The notes below the pieces were generated by a model that was given only the letters and a program-made list of their open reading frames with translations, had not been told where the DNA came from and searched no databases. A program made the translations under genes and the position numbers. From Harriotta raleighana (taxonomy: Eukaryota), in contig JBNZDD010013315.1 in the NCBI GenBank assembly GCA_050575255.1, positions 47,592-111,591 of the forward strand: a stretch of DNA of 64,000 nucleotides, written 5' to 3'. This document shows, in pieces, positions 38,819 through 51,220 of the stretch (the first letter of the stretch is position 1; each line of letters begins with the position of its first letter).

Positions 38819-41800
38819 GTAAAGAACCCTCCTTTCTGTATTCCTTGGGATCTTGAATGCATGGACTCAAGATTAGCATTAGTTTGAATAATTTTCATGC
38901 AGCAACTAATTTGTTAAATGAATATTTTAGAAATGAATATGAATGCAGCAGACAAATCTTCATTAAAGTCAAATGTCAACTGAAGAATTTATTTACAAAT
39001 TAATTGGGGTCAGTTTATACTTTACCTGATTAACAAGCAAATTCACTGGTCCTGGAATTTGAAACAGTGGCACAGCTCGGAGATCTGGAGAAAGCTCGCA
39101 GTTGGGACACTTTGCGACGTGAAAGACGCTGCACAAATGTAATTTTGTTGTTGTTGTTATTGCTACCTGTAGTGAAGCAGGGGAAGAGCTGATTGTCTGT
39201 GTGACTCTAACGAGAAGAAGAGAGCACAGGAGATGGCTACATATCCACTAGTGAGCTGACATTTATAGAGAGAAAGATTACTGAAAAATAAACCCAGACC
39301 AAAATAAAATTGCCTCCACTGCTGTCCATGGCTGATTTTGCTGAAGCCTAATGTCCTGACATCAAACTTCAATGTCCCAGTTTCCCAACTGCCTGGGCCA
39401 ACCAGACCTGTACCAAAGTAGACAGTGTAAAGTCCAGCCTTCACACCTACGTAGATATTAAGTGGAGTTTGGGGTTTGTAACAATTCTGCTGCTGTCTGC
39501 TGAAAATGGTGCAAAAATTACATTAGAATTTTTTTAATGTGTTGTAGCTAGACGCCATCCCAACTGTTTACCCAAGTGCAGGTCAGATTTTTATTTCCCA
39601 TGAATGTAGGGAGAAAAGGGTGCCTTCTAGCTCCCTATTGTATGGCTCTTTTTCACCCTCAAATCATTTTTATTTCATATTCAGTAACAGCTTTAAATAA
39701 GTTGTGGTAAAACATAGTAAACAGGGGGGTGTTCAGGTGAAATCCATGCCTAGGGGGTTGCACCTGCGCGGGAAACCCATTCCCACTCACACTGTGTGGA
39801 AATCCACTGCTCTTGTACCCAAGTCACAGATACATACACCTAAATATGTAGTTTTACAACAGGAGCAATTTTCAACAGGACGGACAGTTAGTAATGTCTG
39901 ACAAAATCAACAATCACTTGCATTTATATAGTGGCCTTCATGTGGGATAGTGTCCGCACTCGAGTTGCCAAGAGTAATTCATGAAAAAAATACTCTTTTC
40001 TCCTTCTAGTAAATCTGATTCTTTGTTTTATTGGGTTTTGATAAATAACCAGTTGGTTTACTGGCTGCAAGTTGAGTGTTGGGTTCAGCTCAGTTCAGTT
40101 CTAATTCAGTGGAAGCTGCCGCAATAATTACAAAATGCTGCAGTTAAAGGTTAGACACCAAAGACAGAAGCAGTTTTCAGCCCCTTGTGAATCCACTCTC
40201 AGTGCCAGGAGACCAAACTCTAATAAAAAAAATATATGATGGCTGGAAATTCACAGCAAGCGCTCAGCATCTGAAGGATAGAGATACTTGAGGATAAATG
40301 GTTGTGCTTCAAAAACACTCTACAGCAGCACATGGAAGTTCACCCAGTGATTTGTGGAGGATTCGTCCCCTTGAAGAATGAGAACTGTGAAGGTATATCA
40401 TCTGTCTTACCCAAGATAACAGCCACATTAAACCACAGTAGATCAACATGAAAATTAAAACTCAGATTATGAAAAAAGTAGAATTTACAAATTCTGTCGG
40501 GTGAAATGAGAAAATGATTGTGTGTGTCAAGTACAAGAATAACAGAGGAGGTTAACCCTAAATTGCCCTGGAGTCAAAGTACAGGTAAACGTATTAGCAG
40601 ATGACATATTCTATTGTTGCAGTAAGAGCGCAGTCAGGGAAAACATTAAAATCCTAAATGACTTGAAGGGCTTTGGAAATGTCCACAAGATAGCAAACAC
40701 AGAAAAGCAATGATACCAAGGTGCTGAAAGAAATGTCTTAATCTCTCTTGAATGGTTGAAGTCTTCTGACATTGATCAACGACATTGACATTGACGGCAA
40801 GGTCTATCCGTGATAGAGCCTGGGAAACATTCCTACCTAATGTAAACAATACAATAGTGATTTAATAACAGAAGGATAGCAAAAGGGTGGCATTAGGAAG
40901 AATCGTATTTCTGGTGGAGCTGTTTATTGTGTGGCCTGGGTTTCTGATGGCTGTTCCCTGGAGAAGCATTATTCAAATTGCTCATTGTGTTGCCTAATTG
41001 GTGTAGGATATTTGGCAATAATTATTTCCGTGGGGATTACATTGTAACCTACTAAAGGGAGAACAGGTATTTTACACTAATGAGTTGAGAGAGCAGTTAT
41101 TTTCATTAATCAAAAAAAATTATAAATAGCTCCTGACCATTTTGAATGTTTCCCTGAATAATTCCTTGTAATCCCAAGGCTTTCTTAGGTCATTTAAGAG
41201 GAAAGACTACAAGTGACCGTGACTAGGTATATCTCATTGAGTTCAGGTGCCCAAGCCTGTATGTGACCAGGGATATGAAACTAAGATTTGAATTGAGTTG
41301 AGTTGATCTGAGGCTTTAATGCAAGAGTTATTATATTTATAAATGTGCTATAGAAATGTAAATTGTACTGTAACTCTGTTCTGTGAACCAGGAGACAGCG
41401 ATTCAGCCCATCAAACTTTTTTTCACCAGTTTATTAGATCCTGACAGATCTATTAATCCTGATGCCACTCATTTTGTCGTTCCCTCCTAAGATCTTTGCA
41501 CCTGTCTCTCTCTGTCTCTCTGAAATATCCCTATTGATTTACTCTCTATATTTCTCTTGGACAGAGAGTTCTACATATGAACAATCCCCCAATGGTGAAG
41601 CAATGGTTCCTGACCTCAGCTCTAACTGTCTTTGTTTTGGTTTTGAAGCCATGCGGGTACAGCTTATACCTGCTGTCGCTGGGAGTAACTGTGGTGTTTG
41701 AAATTGTGTCAGAGATGATAATAGGTGTCAGTAACTGTCAGAGGTATTTTTGGCCTCATCTTTTTGCTTCAGAAGGAAAGAACAGAACTGGCTGAAAGCT

Positions 41801-41946
41801 TGTGAGGAGCATTGTTCACTCATTCTAAATAGCTTCACAGCCTCTTTGAGCTGTTTAAAGAGTGAGGGCGAGTGAAATATCTGAGTGATTTTTTTACAAA
41901 AGTCAAATATCTGTTTCACTCTCTTGCATCAGGCGAGCAGGTTTAC

Positions 41947-42295
41947 TGCGTCCTGTAGCTTAGTGGTTAGAGCACTCGCCTCGCAAGCGAGCGATCTATT
42001 GCCGGCAGGGTGAAACTTTGGGAAAGTTTCCTTACTCCAAACACCTCTGTTGTTACAAACACAGTTGTTAGTCGATTCGCGGATTGCTTTTCCCGAGGAT
42101 AATAATCCTTCAGAAAAATAACAATTTGGACATTTCAATCCACAACTGTTTGTGGGATACTGTCGTGCACAATTCTCTGCTGTGTTTTGCTCACAAAATA
42201 TACAGTCAATTCACTTTACAATACATGCTGTGAAGCGTTTTGAGATGTCCTGAAGACGTAATAAGGCACTATATCAAATGCAAGGATTATTAATA
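41947..42295 (+). mobile_element. tRNA/Deu SINE with a ~55-bp internal insertion
   Basis: Family head, core and tail; extra sequence at about 42045-42098. Confidence 0.9.
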
Positions 42296-42961
42296 TTTAA
42301 TCCTCATTTCTTCATAGAGAGAGTGCATTGTGTGCGGTGCTAAAGTGTGTGGGGAGCTTGCACTTTGCTGCCTTCTCACTCTTTGCTGTGGTGTATGGTA
42401 TAGAGTGTGATAGCAATGACCCTTTTGCTGTGCTATGGTTTATGTTGTCATACAGTAGTAATGACCCTTGGCTGTGATGTATGGTGTGATAGCAATGAGC
42501 CCAAAGTGGGATAATGGATTGTAAGTGTTTTTGGATTAGGGTTTGGTTGAGGACAAGATCAAAGGCTGTTGGAGTGGAGTGAAAGGAAACATCTCACATT
42601 AACCTGAGTCAGACAACCCCAGCTCAGGATATTCCAGCGTTACTGACTAGTCTGAGATCTTCTGGTGCACATTGATGCACGGATATAATCTATGCTTTTA
42701 TTTGTACAATAAATTAGGTTTGAGATCCTGCCTTGGTCACCTTTCCCCACCCCTGCCCCTGGCTCGCTTCTGGGATCTGTTATTGTGAAGCGCTCTGAGA
42801 CACCGTCCGGCGTGGAGGGCGCTATATAAAGCAAAGTTGTTGTTGTTGTTTTTGTCTTTATGTCTGAAATGCTTGAAACTACAATATTAACAATGTTAAC
42901 ACCAACTGCTCCAGAAATAGGAAGAGAGAGATGATTGGAATGTTCTTCTCTTCCTTGCTGT

Positions 42962-43628
42962 GAAGTCCTGTAGCTCAGTGGTTAGAGCACTTGTCTCGAA
43001 AACGGGAGACCTTGGGTTTGATTTCCAGCAGTGCGAAATTGGGCAAGTTTCCTCACTCCACACGCCTGATAAAAATCCCTCAAGAAAAAAAACTATAATA
43101 AATTGGTCACTTGAATCCATGACTGTTTGTGGGGACACTGCTGTGAGAAATTGGCTGCCGGGTTTCACCCACAAAAAAACAGTGAACAGTCAATTCACTT
43201 TACAGTATATTCTGTGAAGCGCTTTGAGACGTCTAGAAGATGTGGAGCTCCTGTGGCTCAGTGGTTAGAGCACTCGCCTTACATGCCTTACAAGCATGAG
43301 ACTTGTGTTCGAATCCAGGCAGATCAGGGCGAAACCTTGGGCAAGTTTCCTTACTCCACATGCCTAATAATAATCCCTCCAAAAAAAACACCATAATAAA
43401 ATTGGTCATTTCAATCCACGACTGTTTGTGGGACACTGCTGTGCGCAATTGGCTGCCGCGTTCCGCCCACAAAAAATATATATACAGTCAATTCACTTTA
43501 CAGTATATTCTGTGAAGCGCTTTGGGACGTTGATAAGATGTGAAAAGCGCTATATCAAATGCAAGGATTATTATTATTATTATTATAGATGTGAAAAGAT
43601 GCTATATCAAATTCAAAGCTTATTATTA
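42962..43628 (+). mobile_element. Nested SINE-in-SINE: host 42962-43243 plus 43587-43628; guest 43244-43586
   Basis: Host tail is split at agatgt and resumes after the guest (TTA)n tail. Confidence 0.92.
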
Positions 43629-44243
43629 CACAGCTCTGCAGATATTAAATGCGGTGTTCTGTTAAATTGCTGTTTCTGCTTTTACATTGCTTCCCTTTCT
43701 GCAACAGAATGTCAACGGGATGTTAACATCTGTCGCTTAAATTTAATTTCAATTTCTCAATACTTTCTACTTTCTTTCATCTCTGCTGGAAAGTGATGCA
43801 TTGGCTGACGTTTGGATGATTGTGTGTTCAGTCTGGGCTCTGAGCAATACTATTCCCGAGCTGATTTACATTTCCCTGTTATCATAGCGCACCTTCAGAA
43901 AGTAATACTGCCTTTACACACTTTAGATTTCAGCGCACTAACAGCAATTTTAATTGTTAGTTTGCTTCCCATCATAAATATGAAGTAGTCCCGAGTAAAG
44001 ACGCATTACCAGCCCTGTTGATTACACCATATAACTACCTTTGACAGTCTTTAACCCAGAGAAGGCTGCAGAAGGCATTCCAAGGACAGTGCCTCCATAC
44101 TGCAGCACACACCCCGTCTGACCTGGGTTGTCTACCCAGACTGTGAATTCAATGATCCGACATGGAGCTTGAGATACCACAACTTTCTGACTCAAAGGCC
44201 AGAGTGAGCCTCACTGGCTGAGGTGGGCACATTATATCACATA

Positions 44244-44563
44244 TAATAATAATAATAATCCTTGCATTTGATATAGCAGCTTTTCACATCTTATCGACGT
44301 CCCAAAGCGCTTCACAGAATATACTGTAAAGTGAATTGACTGTATGTTTGTGGGCAGAACGTGGCAGCCAATTGCGCACAGCAGTGTCCCACAAACAGTC
44401 GTGGATTGAAATGGTCAATTTTATTATTGTGGTTTTTTTGAAGGGATTATTATTAGGCATGTGGAGTAAGGAAACTTGTCCAAGGTTTCGCCCTGATCTG
44501 CCTGGATTCGAACACAGGTCTCATGCTTGTAAAGCGAGTGCTCTAACCACTAAACCACAGGAG
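44244..44563 (-). mobile_element. Young full-length tRNA/Deu SINE
   Basis: Close reverse complement of 43244-43586. Confidence 0.95.
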
Positions 44564-44627
44564 ACAGTAAGGATTGTTAGGATTACAATCCCTTCTGTTG
44601 AGCTAATGTTATGTTTTTCTTTCACAG

Positions 44628-44651
44628 ATAATACGGACGTACACTTTTACA
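44628..44651 (+). CDS. NTRK3: 24-nt juxtamembrane microexon (DNTDVHFY)
   Basis: ctaat branch candidate, pyrimidine tract, cacag| and |gtaagt; phase 1/1; same size and position as the alternatively spliced TrkC ESTDNFIL exon. Confidence 0.85.
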
Positions 44652-45234
44652 GTAAGTCTATTTCAGTCTCTTCTGGAAGTAGAGCTCTTAGAGCAGAACA
44701 TGTTGTCATTATTACTTCAATGTTAGGAGGGATGAGGATCACAATAAGGGTGTGTGACTGAGATTATTTCCATATCTGTGCCAACGCAGATCTGTCTTCT
44801 GTTCCATTTGTGACATAAAATCAACATCAAAGTGTTTGGCTATTTGTTTTTCCAGTGGGGGGAAGGGAGAAGAGCTATTATAGGCTATTACACATCTATC
44901 ATTGTAATCAGCAATAGGTATATATATGTATAAGGAAGATATAACATGTGTGTTTTACCCAGGTTTTAGTTTACTGTGTAGATACCTCACTGCCCCATTT
45001 AGCTGCCTCTCTCTGCTCAGCCTCACTTGAATTTGGCTGTGATGCCACATTCAGAAACACATTAATATATCTGAGCATCGATAATATCTTTGACACCACT
45101 CCAGTCAATGTATATTGCTGAGTCTCCCAGTGATTGGGATTGAGACAGAGTTTGTTTGATGGTGATGTTAATGTTAGCAGAAAAGCAACTCGAGGTAACG
45201 CTATCATTTGATTTTCTAATTTTATCCTTTGAAG

Positions 45235-45290
45235 TGACCACAACGCCGCCTGTCAGTGTGACGCACAAACCTGAGGGCGATACGTTTGGA
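45235..45290 (+). CDS. NTRK3: Extracellular stalk exon ((M/V)TTTPPVSVTHKPEGDTFG), 56 nt
   Basis: ttttctaattttatcctttgaag| and |gtgagt; matches TrkC VSPTPPITVTHKPEEDTFG; phase 1/0. Confidence 0.92.
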
Positions 45291-45526
45291 GTGAGTACCT
45301 TCTTTACTATATAATGTATAATAATAATGATGATCATGATTGTGCAGTTGATAGAGCACTCTCTGATATGGAGACGTCGCAAAGTGCTCCACGGGTTATA
45401 CTGTGAATTGGTGTGATTGTGCGTGTTTTAAAGCCTCTCTCATATAAATGTATTTCAAATGTTCAATTTGAATCATTTCATTTCAGCATCTTTCGTGTTT
45501 GTCTGAAGCGCAGCCCATATCATGGA

Positions 45527-45563
<37 letters not shown>

Positions 45564-46457
45564 CATAGAAATCAGCTGGAGTAACTTGAACACAGGGAAA
45601 CATCTCGGATGATTATTGAAGCTTCCTGAACCGGGCACTAAGTGAGAGTCTGGGTGGGTCTATCACACTGGGACCTTCACATTGTGTCACCCTCTGTAAT
45701 GATGTGGGGGAGTCTATATACGCTCAGTCCTGGAGTTAAATGCCTTATGAGACAATACTAATTCCATCATTTTCTGCAAATAACTTCACCAAATAATGGC
45801 AATGAAATGTTTTTTTTGTGAATATTTACAGAAAATCCCCTCTTAATGAGAGTTCAGGGAAGATGTGTTTGTGACCAAACAGCTCCAAACCTTCTGATGT
45901 TGATGTTGTATCGCCAGCTGTTGTTTGGCTTAATGGCAAGAAGGAGACAGTGCAGATGGCAGGATCTGCTGTTTGCATTCTCAATCTCTTGTAATTTGAC
46001 AGAAATAACTCACAGTGCACATCTGCAAATAGCACGCAGGGCATCAGGAGGATTGCATTTTGTTAGTCCTCTGGTGTGGTGGAACCTTGCAGTTTTTTGG
46101 CCACTTTCGCTTTCTCAGTTGTTTAAAATAATTCCTATCCTCTTCCATTTCCTCTCCAGGGAGTGAAACCTTGTTCACATTGATATGCTTCCTGTTAATA
46201 AGTTTTTATGCAACAAAAAAAAGTTGTTATCGTCTCCTGTTGTGTGCGTATTTCACTCGCTGTTCCTGAGAAAGAATTGTAATAGTTGTAATTGTAACAT
46301 GGGCAGTCACCTCCTGTCGTAGCTACAACTGAACGACCATCGCGTTGTCACTGCACATACATCAAATGCAACTGTTCAACCCTCGAGTCCGTTCTCGTGA
46401 TCAGTGTATGGGTCAGGTTGTGGCTTTGTCTGAGATCACAGAATGTTATGGAGCCCA

Positions 46458-46560
46458 AGGGAAATCCACCGACATTACATTCATCGATTTCCATAAGGCT
46501 TCTGACCTAGTGCCTCATGAAACCCTCATGCGGAACCAGAAGCTTTGGGAATACTTGGCA
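46458..46560 (+). mobile_element. CR1 reverse transcriptase fragment
   Basis: TDITFIDFHKASDLVPHETL resembles CR1 RT D..YLDF.KAFD.VPH.RL. Confidence 0.8.
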
Positions 46561-48804
46561 ACATTTGGATTTAGTTCAGGGTGAGTAATCTAGCTCCAGG
46601 ATTCATATAAAGGTTGATGATTTGTCAAGCCTATCCCTCTTGTTTGAGGTAAGGCTGACATTGACCTTATTTGATGTGTTGGGGTTGGTATCAAGAGGAA
46701 TGGACTCTGTATTTCTGTTCAAGGCATCTCTGATAAAAGTTACAGTGCTTCTGTTTGCAGATAATGTTGCCCTGTGTTTCAAATCTCTCATGAATTACTC
46801 ACTTATATAATGACACGAGTAGATATAATATGACAATTGCAGTGCATGACTCCATCATGGTTTATTGTGTTCGGATGGGAGACCTGGATGAGGTTTGTCT
46901 CTCAACATTGGGTCCCTTCACATTGTAACACAGTCATGTGTTGGTTGGATGTTCCATTCCTGTGCTTTTCACATGTTCATCACCATTATCTCTGTGTCAC
47001 TCTCTCTGTCACTGCTGGGATCTCTACCCCTGTCGCTGAAAGGCCTGTTGATGTCACACCAATAGCAATTACATCAGATGAATGTTATTGTGAAGCCTTC
47101 ATTTTCTTGTCCTTTGTGTTGTTTCAGTGCCTTGGGACGTCCTCCCGACATGAAAGGCGCTGTATACAAACGCAATTTTGTTGTTGTTGTTGTTTTCAGG
47201 CTGTTTCTGGATATTGATTTGAAGAATTTCTGGGTTAGAAACTGTTTTAATGTTAGGGTTTGCGGAGCTGAGACACGCACTTAGTTTGAGCCGTTGGTGG
47301 CCGAGATTACAATTCGTGTCTAATATTATTGATGTCACACCTTAGCATAAACCCACAATGTTGGTTCAGAGGCAGACTTCCCTTTGGAGATTGTCGGAAA
47401 ACAGAAAGCCAATATGGTTTGAGCTTCCCAGCACACTCCACTGTGAGATTCACATCACTATCCGTCACATCAAACTATTTAACTCCTTACAGTGGGAATC
47501 TAATCAGACAATGTAAATGCGGAGACTGCAATCCAAAGTGGCAAGATAACAGTCTGGAACATCCTGAAGTAATGACTTTTATATCACCGAAAAGGCAAAA
47601 GCTTCTTTTATCTTAGATTTAAAGCCAGACACATCGATGGAAAAAAACAGAGCCAAAGAAATATCATACCATCAGAAACCATAGCAGTAATACAACAATA
47701 AGCAACTAGAATCAACCAGTCTGTTTCCCTTCTCAGGCCTAGTTATACTGTGTGTGGGTTATATCGAGGTAAGTAGAATGCAAAGCTTGACGATGGACCA
47801 TTTTTCCAACCAGCTGATGCCCCTCTTCACCCCCACTCCACAGCTCCCCTTGTGTGTAGGTTATTGTGGATTATCCAGTGAAATATATTCAGGAATTACC
47901 CCCGAAGCCACTATTTTAGTTTTGAATGTGTGGACTATTGGAATGTGTCTGTTGTTATGTTATAGCTACAACTATTTCAGTTCCTCAGTTGAGTTTCCCC
48001 TCCAGACAGTGAGCGGGAATTGTGAATATTCCTGAACTTCAGACACAGGAGAATTTTCATGACAAATCTGTCAGGAATTAACGATTTTACCTTTAGCTTT
48101 TGCTAATCAACATCCCTTCAATGTACACACTGTACATCACTGGTTCCAATATGCATTACCTCATATCAATTAACTTATAGGTCCATCTGTCATAATAGTT
48201 TATCATAATTCATGTGAATCTTGTTGAATGCTTTATATTTATCTCCTTTATGTTTGTTAGCTGGAGAATGTTTTAAGAATTACTTTCCATTCATTTGTGA
48301 ATGAAGAACAGAAGATATCCCTGTGGATCACTGATAATCACGGCAATGCCTGGCCCTGCCTATTGTGAAAGCGGTTTTCATTCTTACTAGTTAATTTGCT
48401 AATATCTCTGTGACTTAATTTTTTCAAATATGTGGATTATTATTAAATGGCTTCTAAGTGAAATATATTCACTGGATACACTCATCACTGCTGCAGTTAT
48501 CAAGGCAAATAATGTTACATAGTGACATAAGGCCACGTGATTCCACTGGTCCCTCTCTTCTTTGGGGTACTGTGCAATGTTTCAGAAATCTAGAATTCTT
48601 TCTAGTCTTATTCTGTAAGACCATTTTGTCTTAAATCTTTCAATTTGCACAAAATTGAAAAATTCTTGAATTCAGTATCAATTTGGAAGCTATTTTGTTT
48701 AAAGAACCAGGATTTTGGCCAATGGCAGTGTGAAGCTGTCCCTCCTCTGTGTCTAGAGCTCGGTCTCTACTAATCCACTACGTTTAACATCTTACTATTA
48801 AATG

Positions 48805-48982
48805 TACATTTACTCTCCTTATGCCTCTCTCAGAATGTATCCCCACAGACACATGCATTAAATTTCATCTGCCACCTGTTTGCCCACCCAATCCCCTAGT
48901 CTGCCTGTCCTCCTGAAGCCTCTTATAGTCCTCTTCTTAGCCACACTCCCTATTCTTATGACATTGGCAGATCTTGATTTTG
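48805..48982 (-). mobile_element. Decayed CR1 RT fragment
   Basis: Minus frame KSRSANVIRIGSV... and W..KQVADEI correspond to the SKFADDTK.GG and W.M.FN region. Confidence 0.65.
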
Positions 48983-49124
48983 CACTCAAGTCCCAGCTAT
49001 AAGTACAATGGAGAAAATGCTGACAGTGTACAACAAGGCTAGAGTCCTGTTTGATGTTCATTGTGATTGTGAGTTGCCTGAAGGCTAGAGATCACTGTTT
49101 TACCATAAAATACCTGGTATTGGT

Positions 49125-49270
49125 GTAGTTCTAATTCAAGTGGATGATTATCTGGGGAGGACGGGTTCGCGGGGTTAAGGGGAGACAGCCGGGGAATGGG
49201 ATTGAATAGCTCATTTCAAAGAGACTCGTTGGACCAAATAGCTTCTTGTGCTGAAATTTTTTAAATCTTT
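49125..49270 (+). mobile_element. Decayed CR1 3' end just upstream of the TM exon
   Basis: Aligns with 33870-34010 (ggggagacagccggggaatgggatt...tttcaaagag...ggaccaaatagc). Confidence 0.75.
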
Positions 49271-49299
49271 GTTGTAACCCTCTGCTTTGGCTCTCACAG

Positions 49300-49402
49300 G
49301 TTTCCATTGCTGTTGGACTGGCAGCGTTTGCTTGTGTTCTGCTGCTTGTGCTGTTCATAGTGATTAACAAATACGGACGTCGTTCTAAATTTGGAATGAA
49401 AG
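49300..49402 (+). CDS. NTRK3: Transmembrane and KFG exon (VSIAVGLAAFACVLLLVLFIVINKYGRRSKFGMKG), 103 nt
   Basis: tcacag| and |gtgagt; about 32/35 identical to human TrkC as recalled; phase 0/1. Confidence 0.97.
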
Positions 49403-49614
49403 GTGAGTGGCCAACCCCGAATGCCCTGTTCCACTCTCCGGGACACTAACTCACACGAAGGACGCTATATCAATGCAATTTGTTTTTGTTGCTCATGAGC
49501 TTGTTAATGATGTGATATTTGCCATGGAGCCACAGAAACGAGTTGAATTTGTGGTGTTAGGAATTTATGAAACTATATTTTTGCTAAATGAGGTTCAACC
49601 ATTAAATACAAATA

Positions 49615-49790
49615 AAAATAATAATTATAATAAATCTTGCATTTGATATAGCGCCTTATAACATCTTCGCAACGTGTCAAAGCTCTTCACAGAAAATACT
49701 GTAAAGTGAATTGACTGTATTTTGTGGGCAAATTGTGGCAGCCAATTGCATACAGCAGTGTCTAATTCAAACAGTTGTGGATGGAAGGGA
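49615..49790 (-). mobile_element. SINE 3' half
   Basis: cttgcatttgatatagcg...ggcagccaattgca is the reverse complement of the family tail and core. Confidence 0.88.
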
Positions 49791-50394
49791 CAACTAGTGA
49801 GAAACTTGTGTGAACTCGCGCAAAAGTAAGATCAGTAGCAAATGAAGTGCTTGAAAACCAGGCTGACCATTATCAGCATCAAAATCTGACAGATCATTAG
49901 CTCAATCAGTGACTGGGAAGGAAGTAGATGTGTTAGAGATTCAGCAAAGGTGAGTGAATTAGAAGCGGGTTTCATTCCAATGTTATTCTGGACAATGAGA
50001 AGGAATGGAAAGAGATTTATTCCAATATTGTACAGATTCTAGAGATTGTGAGCTGATAGAAAAACTTCAGTATATATGGTGCGGATGGTTGGGGTGAAGT
50101 TTAAAATACTCTAATACTTTGAGAGTCTTTGGTTCCTTGTTCTTGGCTCTGTGCTATCATGTGGTGGCAGTCAGGTGAGATTTTAGATGAAGAGTTGAGG
50201 TGAGAATATTTATTAATTACTGGTAACAACAGAAACAGAAGCCACCCTGAACAGAGTAGTGCCACCAACAATCATTTCCATACTCCAGCTATGAGGATCG
50301 ATAAACACTACTGAAGATTCTGTATAAATTCTCGTTTCACTTCTTTTCAAATATCATCTAATAAGATGGGGTCAACACCTTAGTCTGGTGGCAT

Positions 50395-50730
50395 GATAAT
50401 CCTTGCAATAATCCTTGCATTTTTGATATAGCGCTTTTCACATCTTATCAACGTCCCAAAGCGCTTCACAGAGTATACTGTAAAGTGAATTGACTGTATA
50501 TTTGTGGGCGAAATGCGGCAGCCAATTGCGCACAGCAGTGTCCCACAAACAGTCATGGATTGAAATGACCAATTTTATTATTGTAGTTTTTTTGGAGGGA
50601 TTATTATTAGGCATGTGGAGTAAGGAAACTTGCCCAAGGTTTCACCCCGATCTGCCTGGATTCGAACACAGGCCTCAAGCTTGTAAGGCATGTAAGGCGA
50701 GTGCTCTAACCACTGAGCCACAGGAACTCC
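50395..50730 (-). mobile_element. Young full-length tRNA/Deu SINE, same subfamily as 43244-43586
   Basis: Shares the head duplication gccttacatgccttacaagc. Confidence 0.95.
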
Positions 50731-51220
50731 ACAGATGGGATCCAGAAAGGAAATGTAACCTTGAGATACCAGAGATCGATGTCAAGCACTTTGATTTGAG
50801 CTATTTTATTGTTTATTGTTCCCTTACTATAAGTAACTAGATGTATTCCCTTTGCACAATGTATTGTGGAACATAGGAACAGGAATAGGCCATTTAGCCC
50901 CTCCAGCCTGTTTGCCATTATATATTAGTTCATGGCCAATGGGAATGGGGGAAACTTCACTGCAACAAGTAATAGAATCAATAAAGCAAGTTCTTACTGT
51001 GCACCGACCTCACGACCATTAGAAAGATTCTCACAAAGAAGCATCCAGTAAGAATAAGCAGCCGGGTCTATTTTTATACAATTCAATATTGTATACTGTC
51101 CTCTGAGGGATTGGCTGCAAATTAGAATTTCCCGCAGAATCTGTCTCCGCCGCACTCCATCCACCAGCTTCAAGAGAGAGTTTGGCAGCTTCAACCTGCA
51201 ACGAAACATCCAGCTCAGGC

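Noticed and set aside
43244-43320. tRNA-like sequences with A and B boxes (also at 1149, 10115, 44563, 50730)
   Set aside because: They are SINE heads continuous with the Deu core and tail, not tRNA genes
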